DNA of 64,000 bases, taken from assembly GCA_963801545.1 (NCBI GenBank), contig CAWDFF010000042.1, forward strand, positions 79,964 through 143,963, read 5' to 3'. A program made the translations under genes and the position numbers. The notes beneath the pieces were generated by a model. The model worked only from the letters and a program-made list of their open reading frames with translations. It had not been told where the DNA came from and ran no database searches. The DNA comes from Terriglobia bacterium. GTDB taxonomy: Bacteria; Acidobacteriota; Terriglobia; Terriglobales; Acidobacteriaceae. Positions 31,036 through 39,178 of the stretch are shown here, piece by piece. The stretch's first letter is position 1. Every line of letters starts with the position of its first letter.

Positions 31036-31148
31036 TGGTCGTCGGTCGTTGGTCGTCGGTCGTCAGCCGTTGGCCGTTGGTCCTTAGCCCTGCGAGCATG
31101 GACCGACGTCGCGGACCGAACGACGAACGACCAATGACCAACGACCAT
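31036..31148. repeat. heptamer-repeat hairpin (GGTCGTC/GGTCGTT ... GAACGAC/CAACGAC)
   Basis: The left arm at 31036-31085 is complementary to the right arm at 31101-31148. Confidence 0.8.
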
Positions 31149-31304
31149 GCTGGCTTTACGAACTTTTACGTGACTTTACCAAGTCTTTACTCTGTTGCTG
31201 ATCGTGACGTGTTCTAACTAGGGAGGGATTTTCCAGCCGTAGCAATATGGCTCCCGAATGTCGAACGAAAATGAATTAACCGAAATGAATTGGAGAGCAA
31301 ACAA

Positions 31305-31841
31305 ATGTTGAATTCAAAATTCCCCCGCGGATCGTCTTTCGGGCGAAGCGGAAGCAAACCTTTCATGGCCACGGCGTTTCTGGTGGCGTTGCTTAGCCTT
31401 TGCTTCGGCACTGCCTTTGGGCAGGACCAGGACCAGGCAGCGCCGCCGCCACCACCCCCGTCCGGCCAGCAATCCGAACAAGGGATGGGACATCGTATGG
31501 GCCATGGCCCGATGATGCCGAGTGTAGACGATCAGATCAAGCACCTGACCAAGAAGCTGAACTTGAGCGACGACCAGCAGGCGAAGCTGAAGCCCATCCT
31601 TGAGGACCAACGCAAGCAGATGGAAACGGTTCACAACGACTCGTCACTTTCCCGCGAGGACCGCTTCAGCAAGATGCAGGCGCTGCGACAAAGCTCCGAC
31701 ACTCAGATCAAGAGCGTCCTGAACGAAGACCAGCAGAAGAATTTCGACAAGATGCGCGAAGAGCAACACGGCCGGATGGGTAAATGGAAGGGTGGAGACA
31801 ACGCTCCTCCCTCCAGTGGCGCTCCGAATAACCAGCAGTAA
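31305..31841 (+). CDS. periplasmic LTXXQ-motif protein (Spy/CpxP family-like)
   Basis: Signal peptide. LNLSDDQQAKLKPIL and LNEDQQKNFDKM repeats. GGAGAG lies upstream of the ATG at 31305. Confidence 0.7.
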   Translation: MLNSKFPRGSSFGRSGSKPFMATAFLVALLSLCFGTAFGQDQDQAAPPPPPPSGQQSEQGMGHRMGHGPMMPSVDDQIKHLTKKLNLSDDQQAKLKPILEDQRKQMETVHNDSSLSREDRFSKMQALRQSSDTQIKSVLNEDQQKNFDKMREEQHGRMGKWKGGDNAPPSSGAPNNQQ

Positions 31842-31844
31842 GCC

Positions 31845-31966
31845 GGCGTCAGACGTCAGACTTCGGGCGTCGGCCCACCAGGAACAGGGCTTGAGGTCTG
31901 AGGTCTGAGGTCTGAGGTCTGAAGTCCGAGGTCTGAAGTCCGAGGTCTGAAGTCCGAGGTCTGAAA
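31845..31966. repeat. heptamer/14-mer tandem array (GAGGTCT)4 (GAAGTCCGAGGTCT)3 with complementary left arm
   Basis: The left arm is GGCGTCAGACGTCAGACTTCGGGCGTCGGCC at 31845-31875. The right array spans 31890-31966. Confidence 0.85.
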
Positions 31967-32062
31967 TACGGTTTTCTCCCCAGCCTCTGAACTGCGGTAA
32001 CTCTTTGCGTCGCCCGCAAGAGTGCCTGGTTCAGGGGCCCCTTTTTTGGTTTCGCTCGTCAT

Positions 32063-32229
32063 GGGTCGTTGGTCGTTGGCAAAATCAACTAGCTTGGCTT
32101 CTTGCTGTTAAGTTTGAAGCAATCGGTGTAATGCCGCGGGGGAGAAGCCTACCGATTGCGGGACTCAAAAACGGCTGAGAAGCGAGTCGCCGCTTGGCGG
32201 TGGCCAACGACCAAAGGCCAAGGACGACC
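32063..32229. repeat. GGTCGTTGG / CCAACGACC arms enclosing a 120-nt segment with a perfect 9-bp hairpin
   Basis: Arms at 32063-32080 and 32203-32229. The inner hairpin is GCAATCGGT (32119-32127) paired with ACCGATTGC (32151-32159). Confidence 0.65.
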
Positions 32230-32263
32230 AGGCGCCGGCTCAGAAAACGTTCCGTCCCCCACC

Positions 32264-32980
32264 CTAGGTCTCGATGCCCACATAGCAAACCCGTCCGATC
32301 AAGTAGTCGTGGACCTTCTTGCCCGAATCCATTGGCATCACTTCGACGGGATACGCGTGGTTGTGGGGACGCAGCACCAGGTTGCTCCCGGCCACTTCGA
32401 CATACTTTACGGTACAGGCGTTGTTTTTGGCCACCGCGTACATGTTGGATTCGCCTTTGCGATAGGGCTTGAGCGAATTGTAGTGGCGGTCGATCAGCAG
32501 GGTCGCACCGGGCAGCAATCGAGGGTACATGCTCATGCCTTCGCGCCCGTCGGCGCGAATGATCACGAAGCGCTCCCACGCTTCGCGATCGCCTTCCATT
32601 TCCGGCCGCAGCTTGCGGAGGAAGCTTTTCTTGAACTTCACAACGTCCTTGACCCGCATGCTCATGATCGCGGGCTGGCGGGCGGCAACCACGCCATCCA
32701 CCAAGAGCACGTTATGGAACTCGTCCTCACTGGGAGGAATGATGCTGGCGCGCTTGTTAATCTCTTTAGGATCGAGGAGGTCCAGGACCGACAGGCGCTG
32801 CACGTTCAACACTTTATCCATGCCCTCGACACTCAGACCGCGCTTGCGGTTGAGGAAGTTGGAAATATGGGCCTGCTTGAAACCGGTTTCCCGGGCCAGG
32901 CCCAGGCCGGTCAACTCGCCCTCGCCGATGCGCTGCCAAAGCGCTTTGCGGAGGTTTTCCTGTAACGCGCGGAATTTCAT
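32264..32980 (-). CDS. XRE-HTH / S24 LexA-like peptidase repressor (CI/LexA type)
   Basis: N-terminal HTH (LARETGFKQAHISNFLNRKRG). The C-terminal S24 fold has Ser in GMSMYP and Lys in TVKYV, with LLPGATLLID and GRVCYV strands. Confidence 0.8.
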   Translation of the reverse strand: MKFRALQENLRKALWQRIGEGELTGLGLARETGFKQAHISNFLNRKRGLSVEGMDKVLNVQRLSVLDLLDPKEINKRASIIPPSEDEFHNVLLVDGVVAARQPAIMSMRVKDVVKFKKSFLRKLRPEMEGDREAWERFVIIRADGREGMSMYPRLLPGATLLIDRHYNSLKPYRKGESNMYAVAKNNACTVKYVEVAGSNLVLRPHNHAYPVEVMPMDSGKKVHDYLIGRVCYVGIET

Positions 32981-32988
32981 CCACCCGA

Positions 32989-33106
32989 GTATAGCATTGC
33001 AGATATAGCGTGCTGCTATTCACAAGCCGAGCAAAAACATCTGCAAGCAAATATATTTCTTGACTTTGGTAAATCAGGAGCTATACGATCAGCGACCTGT
33101 ATAGCT
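32989..33106. promoter_or_regulatory. divergent promoter/operator region with repeated TATAGC half-sites
   Basis: TATAGC at 32990 and 33004. ATAGC-N5-GCTAT at 33005-33019. AGCTATAC-N12-GTATAGCT at 33079-33106, overlapping a TTGACT(33060)-N16-TATACG promoter-like pair. Confidence 0.45.
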
Positions 33107-33151
33107 ATTTGTCTCTGAGGGGGAATTCATAACCAAGAGCCACATAAAACG

Positions 33152-33361
33152 ATGCCAAGCAATTCACAATCCGAGGGAGAGGAAACCAGTTTCGTGGAAT
33201 TCCGTCGCAAGGTACAAGCCGCGGAAATGCTTTCCTCCGCTATGGAGCGGCTGTTGCAGCAACTCCGGTTTACTGGCCGGCTCAGCGTCGTGGTGCAGAA
33301 TGGCCGCGTGCTGAAATCCGGCTACGAGGAGGGCTATTTCCGCCAGCCGACAGTTTCCTAG
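33152..33361 (+). CDS. DUF2292 (YezD-like) small protein
   Basis: 69-aa ORF. GRLSVVVQNGRVLKSGYEE resembles the YezD/DUF2292 core (from memory). Confidence 0.5.
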   Translation: MPSNSQSEGEETSFVEFRRKVQAAEMLSSAMERLLQQLRFTGRLSVVVQNGRVLKSGYEEGYFRQPTVS

Positions 33362-33445
33362 GTCGTGTCCGGCCGATAGTTCCCCATCCGAACGCTTACC
33401 AGCACTTATAACTAAATAATCCAACAGGTCATCGTAAGAGAAACG

Positions 33446-33481
33446 AGCCCTGTGACCGAGCAATCGGCACAGGGCTTTTTT
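33446..33481 (+). terminator. intrinsic terminator
   Basis: AGCCCTGTGACCGA-GCAA-TCGGCACAGGGCT followed by TTTTTT. Confidence 0.75.
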
Positions 33482-33486
33482 AATTC

Positions 33487-33643
33487 GCTCTCAGCTCTCA
33501 GCCGTCAGCCGTCAGGAAAAACATTTGGATCGCATACGCCAGCGCGGGCACCTTGGCCGACTTGCCCAACTACGGCCAGAGTCCCCCAATCGTCCACGGC
33601 GTGGCGAGCGTGTCCTGAGGGCTGATAGCTGAAAGCTGAGAGC
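33487..33643. repeat. heptamer arms (CAGCTCT CAGCCGT CAGCCGT / GCTGAAAGCTGAGAGC) around a 97-nt loop
   Basis: GCTCTCAGCTCTCAGCCGTCAGCCGTCAGG at 33487-33516 pairs with CCTGAGGGCTGATAGCTGAAAGCTGAGAGC at 33614-33643. Confidence 0.8.
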
Positions 33644-33656
33644 TACGGAGGCAATC

Positions 33657-33908
33657 ATGAAAATCGAAGATGAAGATCCGGAAATAATTCAGCTGGAACT
33701 TAAGTATTGCGAACGTTGCGGAGCGCTGTGGTTGCGATTGCGCGGGGCGCAAGATGTGTATTGCGGTCCGTGCGATCTGGAGGTGCTGGACCTGCCGTCA
33801 CCCCGCAGGGTGCCCAGCAAGCCGCGCTTACCAGGGAACCACAAGGTCGAGGGCAGGACACAGCAGGCAAACGGGTCTGCGTTTTGTGGACAAGGGGGAA
33901 CGGCATGA
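33657..33908 (+). CDS. small zinc-ribbon protein (CxxC...CxxC)
   Basis: 83-aa ORF with YCERCG ... YCGPCD. Its stop overlaps the next ATG (ATGA). Confidence 0.55.
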   Translation: MKIEDEDPEIIQLELKYCERCGALWLRLRGAQDVYCGPCDLEVLDLPSPRRVPSKPRLPGNHKVEGRTQQANGSAFCGQGGTA

Positions 33909-34501
33909 CCGTCCTTCCCTGCCTGACCCCGAAAATGTCGACGCATGGCGACGCCGATGTAGCCGGGGATGAACCGCAGCGCTGCCGCCTGAGCACAAGG
34001 TCAGGGCCGCGATCGCATGGGGGCGAGGCTGCTCCCGTTCCTGACCGCGACCCCGACTTATGGCTGTATCGAGACCGAACCTTGGGCTTGCTGAGACGGT
34101 ATCTGCAGTTGTCGGTGGAGGTGGGACGCCTGCCGTCCCTGCTGGGACGGGAGTTTTTCCGGACCGGAGTTACCTCGTATCGCGCAACAACGTTCGAAGA
34201 TGCGGTGATTTTCGTACACGATGTGGCGCGCGGCCTGGAAAGACTGAAGGGGTTTGAACACAAGTTGATCGCGAGGATAGTGCTGCAGGACTACACGCAA
34301 AACGAAACCGCGCGTCTGCTGGGGTGCGGGCGGCGCACAGTGGGACGGCGCTTTCCGGAAGCTGTAGATCAACTGACGGAAGTTTTCCTGGAAGCCGGTT
34401 TGCTAGTTCGGCTGCCAAGCAACGACGTGGCCCGGGCGCAAAGCTGTCAAGCGGGGAGAATCGAAGAAACCTCGGCAAGTGTCTGTGACGATGGGAAATA
34501 A
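33905..34501 (+). CDS. sigma-70 region-4-like HTH protein
   Basis: LIARIVLQDYTQNETARLLGCGRRTVGRRFPEAVDQL resembles sigma region 4.2 or a LuxR-type HTH. No clear region 2 is visible. The ATG at 33905 is coupled to the upstream stop. Confidence 0.55.
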   Translation: MTVLPCLTPKMSTHGDADVAGDEPQRCRLSTRSGPRSHGGEAAPVPDRDPDLWLYRDRTLGLLRRYLQLSVEVGRLPSLLGREFFRTGVTSYRATTFEDAVIFVHDVARGLERLKGFEHKLIARIVLQDYTQNETARLLGCGRRTVGRRFPEAVDQLTEVFLEAGLLVRLPSNDVARAQSCQAGRIEETSASVCDDGK

Positions 34502-34577
34502 ATTCTTGGTGGGCATGTCCCATTGGTCACGGCGGATTTGATATTCTTAATTTAGAGATTGAGAAAAGAAAGTTTGA

Positions 34578-34606
34578 GGGCGCGCTAAGGCGCGCCCATA
34601 TTTTTT
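34578..34606 (+). terminator. intrinsic terminator
   Basis: GGGCGCGC-TAAG-GCGCGCCC followed by ATATTTTTT. Confidence 0.8.
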
Positions 34607-34618
34607 GGCGGTCAGCGA

Positions 34619-35008
34619 ATGCGGCGAGTACCAGGCATGAAGACGGCGAAAGAGAGAACCGGCAAGCCAGGCCCCAAGAAGCATTCAGCGGTAAACAAGA
34701 GTTCGCGTGATCCCGTGGATCTAGCCGAGATCCGGCAGCAGATTACCAATCTGGTTGGAAACGGCGCCCTGGGCATGGTGGAGACCATGATCGAAGAAGT
34801 AGGCAAGGGCCACTACCTGGGAATGAAGTACCTGTTTGAACTGATCGGGCTTTATCCTGCGACGGTTGCGGATGAGTCGCCGGCCGAGGATTCGATGGCA
34901 GCGACGCTGCTGCGTCGTCTGGGACTTCCGGAATCGCCGATGCAGGAACAAAAAGTTACCAAGGATATCGAAATGCCCAATACAGTTTCAGATGATGGCT
35001 TAGAATGA
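34619..35008 (+). CDS. hypothetical protein
   Basis: 129-aa ORF (alternative ATG at 34637). Basic N-terminus and helical core. Its stop overlaps the phosphatase ATG (ATGA). Confidence 0.5.
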   Translation: MRRVPGMKTAKERTGKPGPKKHSAVNKSSRDPVDLAEIRQQITNLVGNGALGMVETMIEEVGKGHYLGMKYLFELIGLYPATVADESPAEDSMAATLLRRLGLPESPMQEQKVTKDIEMPNTVSDDGLE

Positions 35009-35562
35009 AGGCCACGAGTTGGACGACGGCGGCCAAACGGTTGGCTGCCAGCCATCGGTCATTGGCGGGACCACGTTTGTCGGCGGCCTTACTGCACGGG
35101 ACTTTCAGAATGGATATGACTTGGATGACCGGCCGAATTGCGGTCGGGGGTGGCATCTGGACAGCAGAAAACATGGCGGCGGTGGCACGAGCGGGCGTAA
35201 CGCACATCATCGACATGCAAATCGAGTTCGACGACACCAAGCTGGCGGAGCCGCATGGAATCGAAGTGCTGTGGAATCCGATAGACGATGATTTTCAGCC
35301 CAAGCCGCCAGAGATTTTCCAGCGAGGAGTGGATTTCGCGACCCAGGCACTGGAGCAGGAGGGTACGAAGCTGTTTATCCACTGCGCGGCGGGTGTGCAC
35401 CGGGCGCCGATGATGGGATTGGCCGTCTTATGCTGGTTTGGCTGGACCCCGGAAGCGGCCCAGGAGTTGATCGAGATGAAACGTCCAGTGGTAGATTTTG
35501 CGGACGTTTACGTTCGCAGCGTAGAGAGGTTTCTGGATCAGCAAGTAAAGACCGGGAAGTAA
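35005..35562 (+). CDS. dual-specificity (Cys-based) protein phosphatase
   Basis: C-x5-R signature FIHCAAGVHRAP. The size and helices fit the DSP/PTP-like fold. An alternative start lies at 35110 (MDMTW). Confidence 0.8.
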   Translation: MKATSWTTAAKRLAASHRSLAGPRLSAALLHGTFRMDMTWMTGRIAVGGGIWTAENMAAVARAGVTHIIDMQIEFDDTKLAEPHGIEVLWNPIDDDFQPKPPEIFQRGVDFATQALEQEGTKLFIHCAAGVHRAPMMGLAVLCWFGWTPEAAQELIEMKRPVVDFADVYVRSVERFLDQQVKTGK

Positions 35563-35708
35563 AAAAACAGTTCTCTGTTTCTGGTTCCCGGTTGTCAGTT
35601 TCTGCTGCCAGGACGCCTGGGTTTGCAGCGTGGAGAGCTTCCTGGATCAGCAGGTAAAGACCGGGAAGTAAGAAACCAGTTCTCTGTTTCTGGTTCGCGG
35701 TTGTCAGT
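35521..35708. repeat. ~80-bp direct duplication of the phosphatase 3' end plus its heptamer hairpin arm
   Basis: 35521-35599 (GTAGAGAGGTTTCTGGATCAGCAAGTAAAGACCGGGAAGTAA...CAGTTCTCTGTTTCTGGTTCCCGGTTGTCAGT) is repeated at 35630-35708 with a few substitutions. Confidence 0.85.
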
Positions 35709-35723
35709 CTTACGGAGGAAAAT

Positions 35724-38700
35724 ATGTTGGACGCGTGCCGCCCCCTAGGGCGGCTTTTTTATTTGGTGCTCTCCGTAGTGGTGTTGTTGGGGACGTCGCT
35801 GGGACAGACACCGACGACAACCACGATCAGTGACGTCGTGTACCGCGCCGACGGCACGCTCGCGGGAGGAACGCTGCTGATTTCCTGGCCGACGTTCAGC
35901 ACCTCTGCCGGGCAGTCGGTGGCCGCGGGGAAGAAGAGCGTGACGCTCGGACCGGGCGGAACGTTGTCGGTAGCCCTGGTTCCGAACACAGGGGCGAACC
36001 CGGCTGGCACGTTTTACACGGTGGTGTACCAACTGGACGACGGAACCGTAAAGACCGAGTTCTGGGTTGTGGCATCAACTTCTCCGACCACTATCGCAGC
36101 GGTACGAACCGTTTTGGGGTCGGGAAATTCGGCGACGCCTCCAGCAACCCAGCAGTACGTGGACTCATTGATCGCCGGCAAAGCCAACGATGCTGTCGTC
36201 GTACATAAGACCGGAAGTGAAACCATCGCCGGAGTCAAACAGTTCTCCGTTTCCCCCAACGTGCCCACGCCAGTGCTGGCGGCAGACGCGGTGAACAAAG
36301 CGTACGTGGATGCGGCGGTGACAATATCAGGCGGTGGTTCGTTCGTGAGCAAAGCCGGGGACACGATGACCGGCCCACTGCAGTTGCCGGCGGATCCCTC
36401 GGCCGCCAATCAAGCGACCACCAAGCACTACGTCGATAGCGGGCTCGCGGTGAAAGCGGACCTGATTGGCGGAGTTGTCCCAGCCGCAGAACTGGCGAAT
36501 GGCACGGCTAACAACAGTCTGTGCCTGCACGGAGACTCGAGTTGGGGGGCCTGCGGCGCCAGCAGCAATGCCGCCTCGATCCAGGGTGTTCCGGTCGACA
36601 CGACCGCGCCGACCGACAACCAGGTCATCACCTACGTTGCGTCATCGGGAAAATATCAACCGCGAGCAGGCAGTGGGGTCACGGCGGGCATGGCTACGGT
36701 GAAATATGCGCCGGACTTCAACTGGTCCCTGTCGCCATCGACGAATCTCAGCACGCCCGGGGCCCAGACGGTGAACCTGACGGCATGCCCGGCGGGGGTG
36801 ACCGGAACGGAACAGCAATATTACGTCTACGTTTCTGCTACCGGGACGGCGGAGGCAGTCCTGGTGACGGGGGGCACGTGCAGCGGAAATGGGCAGCCGG
36901 GGACGCTGCAATTCACCACGGTAAATGCCCATTCCGCGGGATACACGATCGGCAGCGCGTCGGGCGGGTTACAGGAGAGCTTGATTGTCGTGCGCTTCAC
37001 GCCGACGAATCCGACAGGGTCTTCGCAATCAGGAAAAGTGATTGTGCCGCCGGGGGAGTACAAGGCCTTTGCCCGGGTTTCGGTCCGCGCCTCCAACATC
37101 ACAGTGGACTTCTCCGGATCCATCATCGAGTGCTGGATGGATGACACGTGCCTCTTTTTGGGCGATCCGTCGAGCTCTACAAATTATCAGGATATTACGC
37201 TCATCAATCCGCGCGGGCGGCCGACGATCGCTAACGGCCAGAAGCCATTCATTGAGGTAAACGCACAGAAAACCAGGCTGTTCAATGTAGCGACGCGGGT
37301 TGCGTTCTCCGGTGGGACATTTGGAAGTTATGTGCAGGTAGACGACGATGAAGCGTTTCTCCTGGATGGACTGGATACGACCCTGGGCGGCGCGGGGGGG
37401 AACTTCGGGGTGCGATGCGACGCAACCGTGTGCAATCCGATCATCTCCGCGCCAGGGCCATTTGCCACCTTTCCCGGAGTGGGCTGGCTGAAGCACCTGA
37501 ATATCGCCTTGCAATGCGGGGGCAACGGAATCGACTGGCAGAGCGGCAACACGGTGCGAATCTCCGACAGCGTGATCGAGGGATACGCGCAGTACGGGGT
37601 GCGGGCGGGCGTACGCCGTGGCGGGTTCGGCGGGTTTGAACTGGACAACGTGTACGAAGAGGTGGGAGCGTGCGCCAACCCGCAGGGGGCCATCGGGCAG
37701 GCGGGTGTAATCGCGCAAGGGGCCACGGTGAAGATTCACGGGGGAGAGTCGCCGGTGGGAGCGGTGCCACAATTCGCGAACACGGGAACCACGGACTACC
37801 GCTATTACATAGTTGCGCACCACGCCTCGAATGGTCCATCGAACCCGCTCTATGCTGGAAGCGCCTTGAGCAACGGAGTGGGAAGCATTACGGTGACGAC
37901 GCCAGACATCGCGGGGGCCAGCACGTTTGATTTGTTGCGCGCCACTCCGGTGCTGGACTTCCGGGAGCAGGCGCCTTTTGGAACTGGGAACTATGCGGTG
38001 GCGACGAATGTCTCCCGCACCTCGGCCTGCGTGAACGGGGTGTGCACGTTTACCGACACGCAGGCCGCGCTTCAGTCCTATACCGTGGCAGTCCCGACGT
38101 ACTATCCGTTGCTGACATTCTGGCCGGGAAGCCTGGTGCTGGCCGCGAATCAGGATTCCAACAGCGTTCTGGATGCGGCCCGAGCCTGGATGGATAGCGC
38201 AACTTCGAGCGTGGTCGCGGTGCAAGGCATGGTCGCACCCGCCCTGATCGCCACCAGTTGCGACGCACTCGCAGCCTGGACACCGCTCTGGGTGAGCTGC
38301 TATTCCGCCGAGGCACCCTCCTCGTTTTACGAGCAGGGTGCGTTCCTGATGGCGGTCAAACCCGGAGGCGACGGCGGGCTGCGGACGAATCTCAAAGGCC
38401 GGATGAATTTTTCTACGGTGGGGACGGCGCCCGGGCACATCATTACGCTCTCCGATTCCAATTTCCAGAAGACGATTGCCACCGCGAACAATCGCCCAAC
38501 CAACGACGCGAACGATTCCTTTATCGGATACGACCAGAGCAATGGGGACGCGCAGAATGTCGGGATCAGCATGGGGGCACCGCAATCGCTTTCCAACTAC
38601 ATCGGGAACGTGGGGGACGGGGTAAATTGGCTGGAGCGTTTGACCAGCAGCCTCAAGGAATTCAAAACCGACGTTCAGATGGATGGCACGCTTACGGTGC

Positions 38701-39176
38701 TGGGCACGGTGCAAGCGGGTTCGTTTGTGTTTTCCCAGACCCCGACACAGTGCACTGGCAGCTTTGCCACTGGCATTCAGGCGAATGGGAACGCCAATTG
38801 CAGTACCGCAGATGTCATCCAAATCGCGGAGACGACCGCTCCCGCCGGCGTTGCGAACTTCGGCCTGTTCTGGTTCGACTCGACTTGCCATTGCCCAAAG
38901 GTGATCAGCAACAACGGGCAAGCGGTGCAACTGGGTCTGCTAAATGTTTTCAACTCCGATGCGAACACGCTGGAGGGTTTATTTGGAAATCGTTCCGGGG
39001 CGCAAAAGAAAGACGCGGCCATGTCTTTTGTTTCGGCCGCGCTGCAAGTCAGCGACGCTGTCACTTCGCGCCACATCGTTGACGAAGAGAAATTCAAACT
39101 TGGACTGAGCAATGTGATCGATGGCGTGGTTTTGTGTTTGAACGCCTCGACCTGGTCAAAGCCGGCCCAGCCCTGA
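35724..39176 (+). CDS. secreted 1150-aa phage tail-fibre / tailspike-like protein
   Basis: GGAGGA SD and a signal peptide. An N-terminal Ig-like sandwich (TISDVVYRADGTLAGGTLLISWP...YTVVYQLDDG) is followed by tail-fibre motifs HKTGSETIAGVKQF and KAGDTMTGPLQLP...ATTKHYVD. The Gly/Asn/Thr-rich centre is compatible with a beta-helix (inference). Confidence 0.7.
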   Translation: MLDACRPLGRLFYLVLSVVVLLGTSLGQTPTTTTISDVVYRADGTLAGGTLLISWPTFSTSAGQSVAAGKKSVTLGPGGTLSVALVPNTGANPAGTFYTVVYQLDDGTVKTEFWVVASTSPTTIAAVRTVLGSGNSATPPATQQYVDSLIAGKANDAVVVHKTGSETIAGVKQFSVSPNVPTPVLAADAVNKAYVDAAVTISGGGSFVSKAGDTMTGPLQLPADPSAANQATTKHYVDSGLAVKADLIGGVVPAAELANGTANNSLCLHGDSSWGACGASSNAASIQGVPVDTTAPTDNQVITYVASSGKYQPRAGSGVTAGMATVKYAPDFNWSLSPSTNLSTPGAQTVNLTACPAGVTGTEQQYYVYVSATGTAEAVLVTGGTCSGNGQPGTLQFTTVNAHSAGYTIGSASGGLQESLIVVRFTPTNPTGSSQSGKVIVPPGEYKAFARVSVRASNITVDFSGSIIECWMDDTCLFLGDPSSSTNYQDITLINPRGRPTIANGQKPFIEVNAQKTRLFNVATRVAFSGGTFGSYVQVDDDEAFLLDGLDTTLGGAGGNFGVRCDATVCNPIISAPGPFATFPGVGWLKHLNIALQCGGNGIDWQSGNTVRISDSVIEGYAQYGVRAGVRRGGFGGFELDNVYEEVGACANPQGAIGQAGVIAQGATVKIHGGESPVGAVPQFANTGTTDYRYYIVAHHASNGPSNPLYAGSALSNGVGSITVTTPDIAGASTFDLLRATPVLDFREQAPFGTGNYAVATNVSRTSACVNGVCTFTDTQAALQSYTVAVPTYYPLLTFWPGSLVLAANQDSNSVLDAARAWMDSATSSVVAVQGMVAPALIATSCDALAAWTPLWVSCYSAEAPSSFYEQGAFLMAVKPGGDGGLRTNLKGRMNFSTVGTAPGHIITLSDSNFQKTIATANNRPTNDANDSFIGYDQSNGDAQNVGISMGAPQSLSNYIGNVGDGVNWLERLTSSLKEFKTDVQMDGTLTVLGTVQAGSFVFSQTPTQCTGSFATGIQANGNANCSTADVIQIAETTAPAGVANFGLFWFDSTCHCPKVISNNGQAVQLGLLNVFNSDANTLEGLFGNRSGAQKKDAAMSFVSAALQVSDAVTSRHIVDEEKFKLGLSNVIDGVVLCLNASTWSKPAQP

Positions 39177-39178
39177 AG

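Noticed and set aside
31890-31966. Possible CRISPR array (regular short repeats)
   Set aside because: The units are 7 or 14 nt and directly abutting, with no unique spacers. There are no cas genes in the window. A complementary arm lies upstream. It is a tandem repeat, not a CRISPR.
37029-38930. 633-aa minus-strand ORF
   Set aside because: It is antisense to the tail-fibre-like gene. It is Arg/His/Pro-rich and non-protein-like. The plus-strand frame has a signal peptide, an SD and recognisable motifs.
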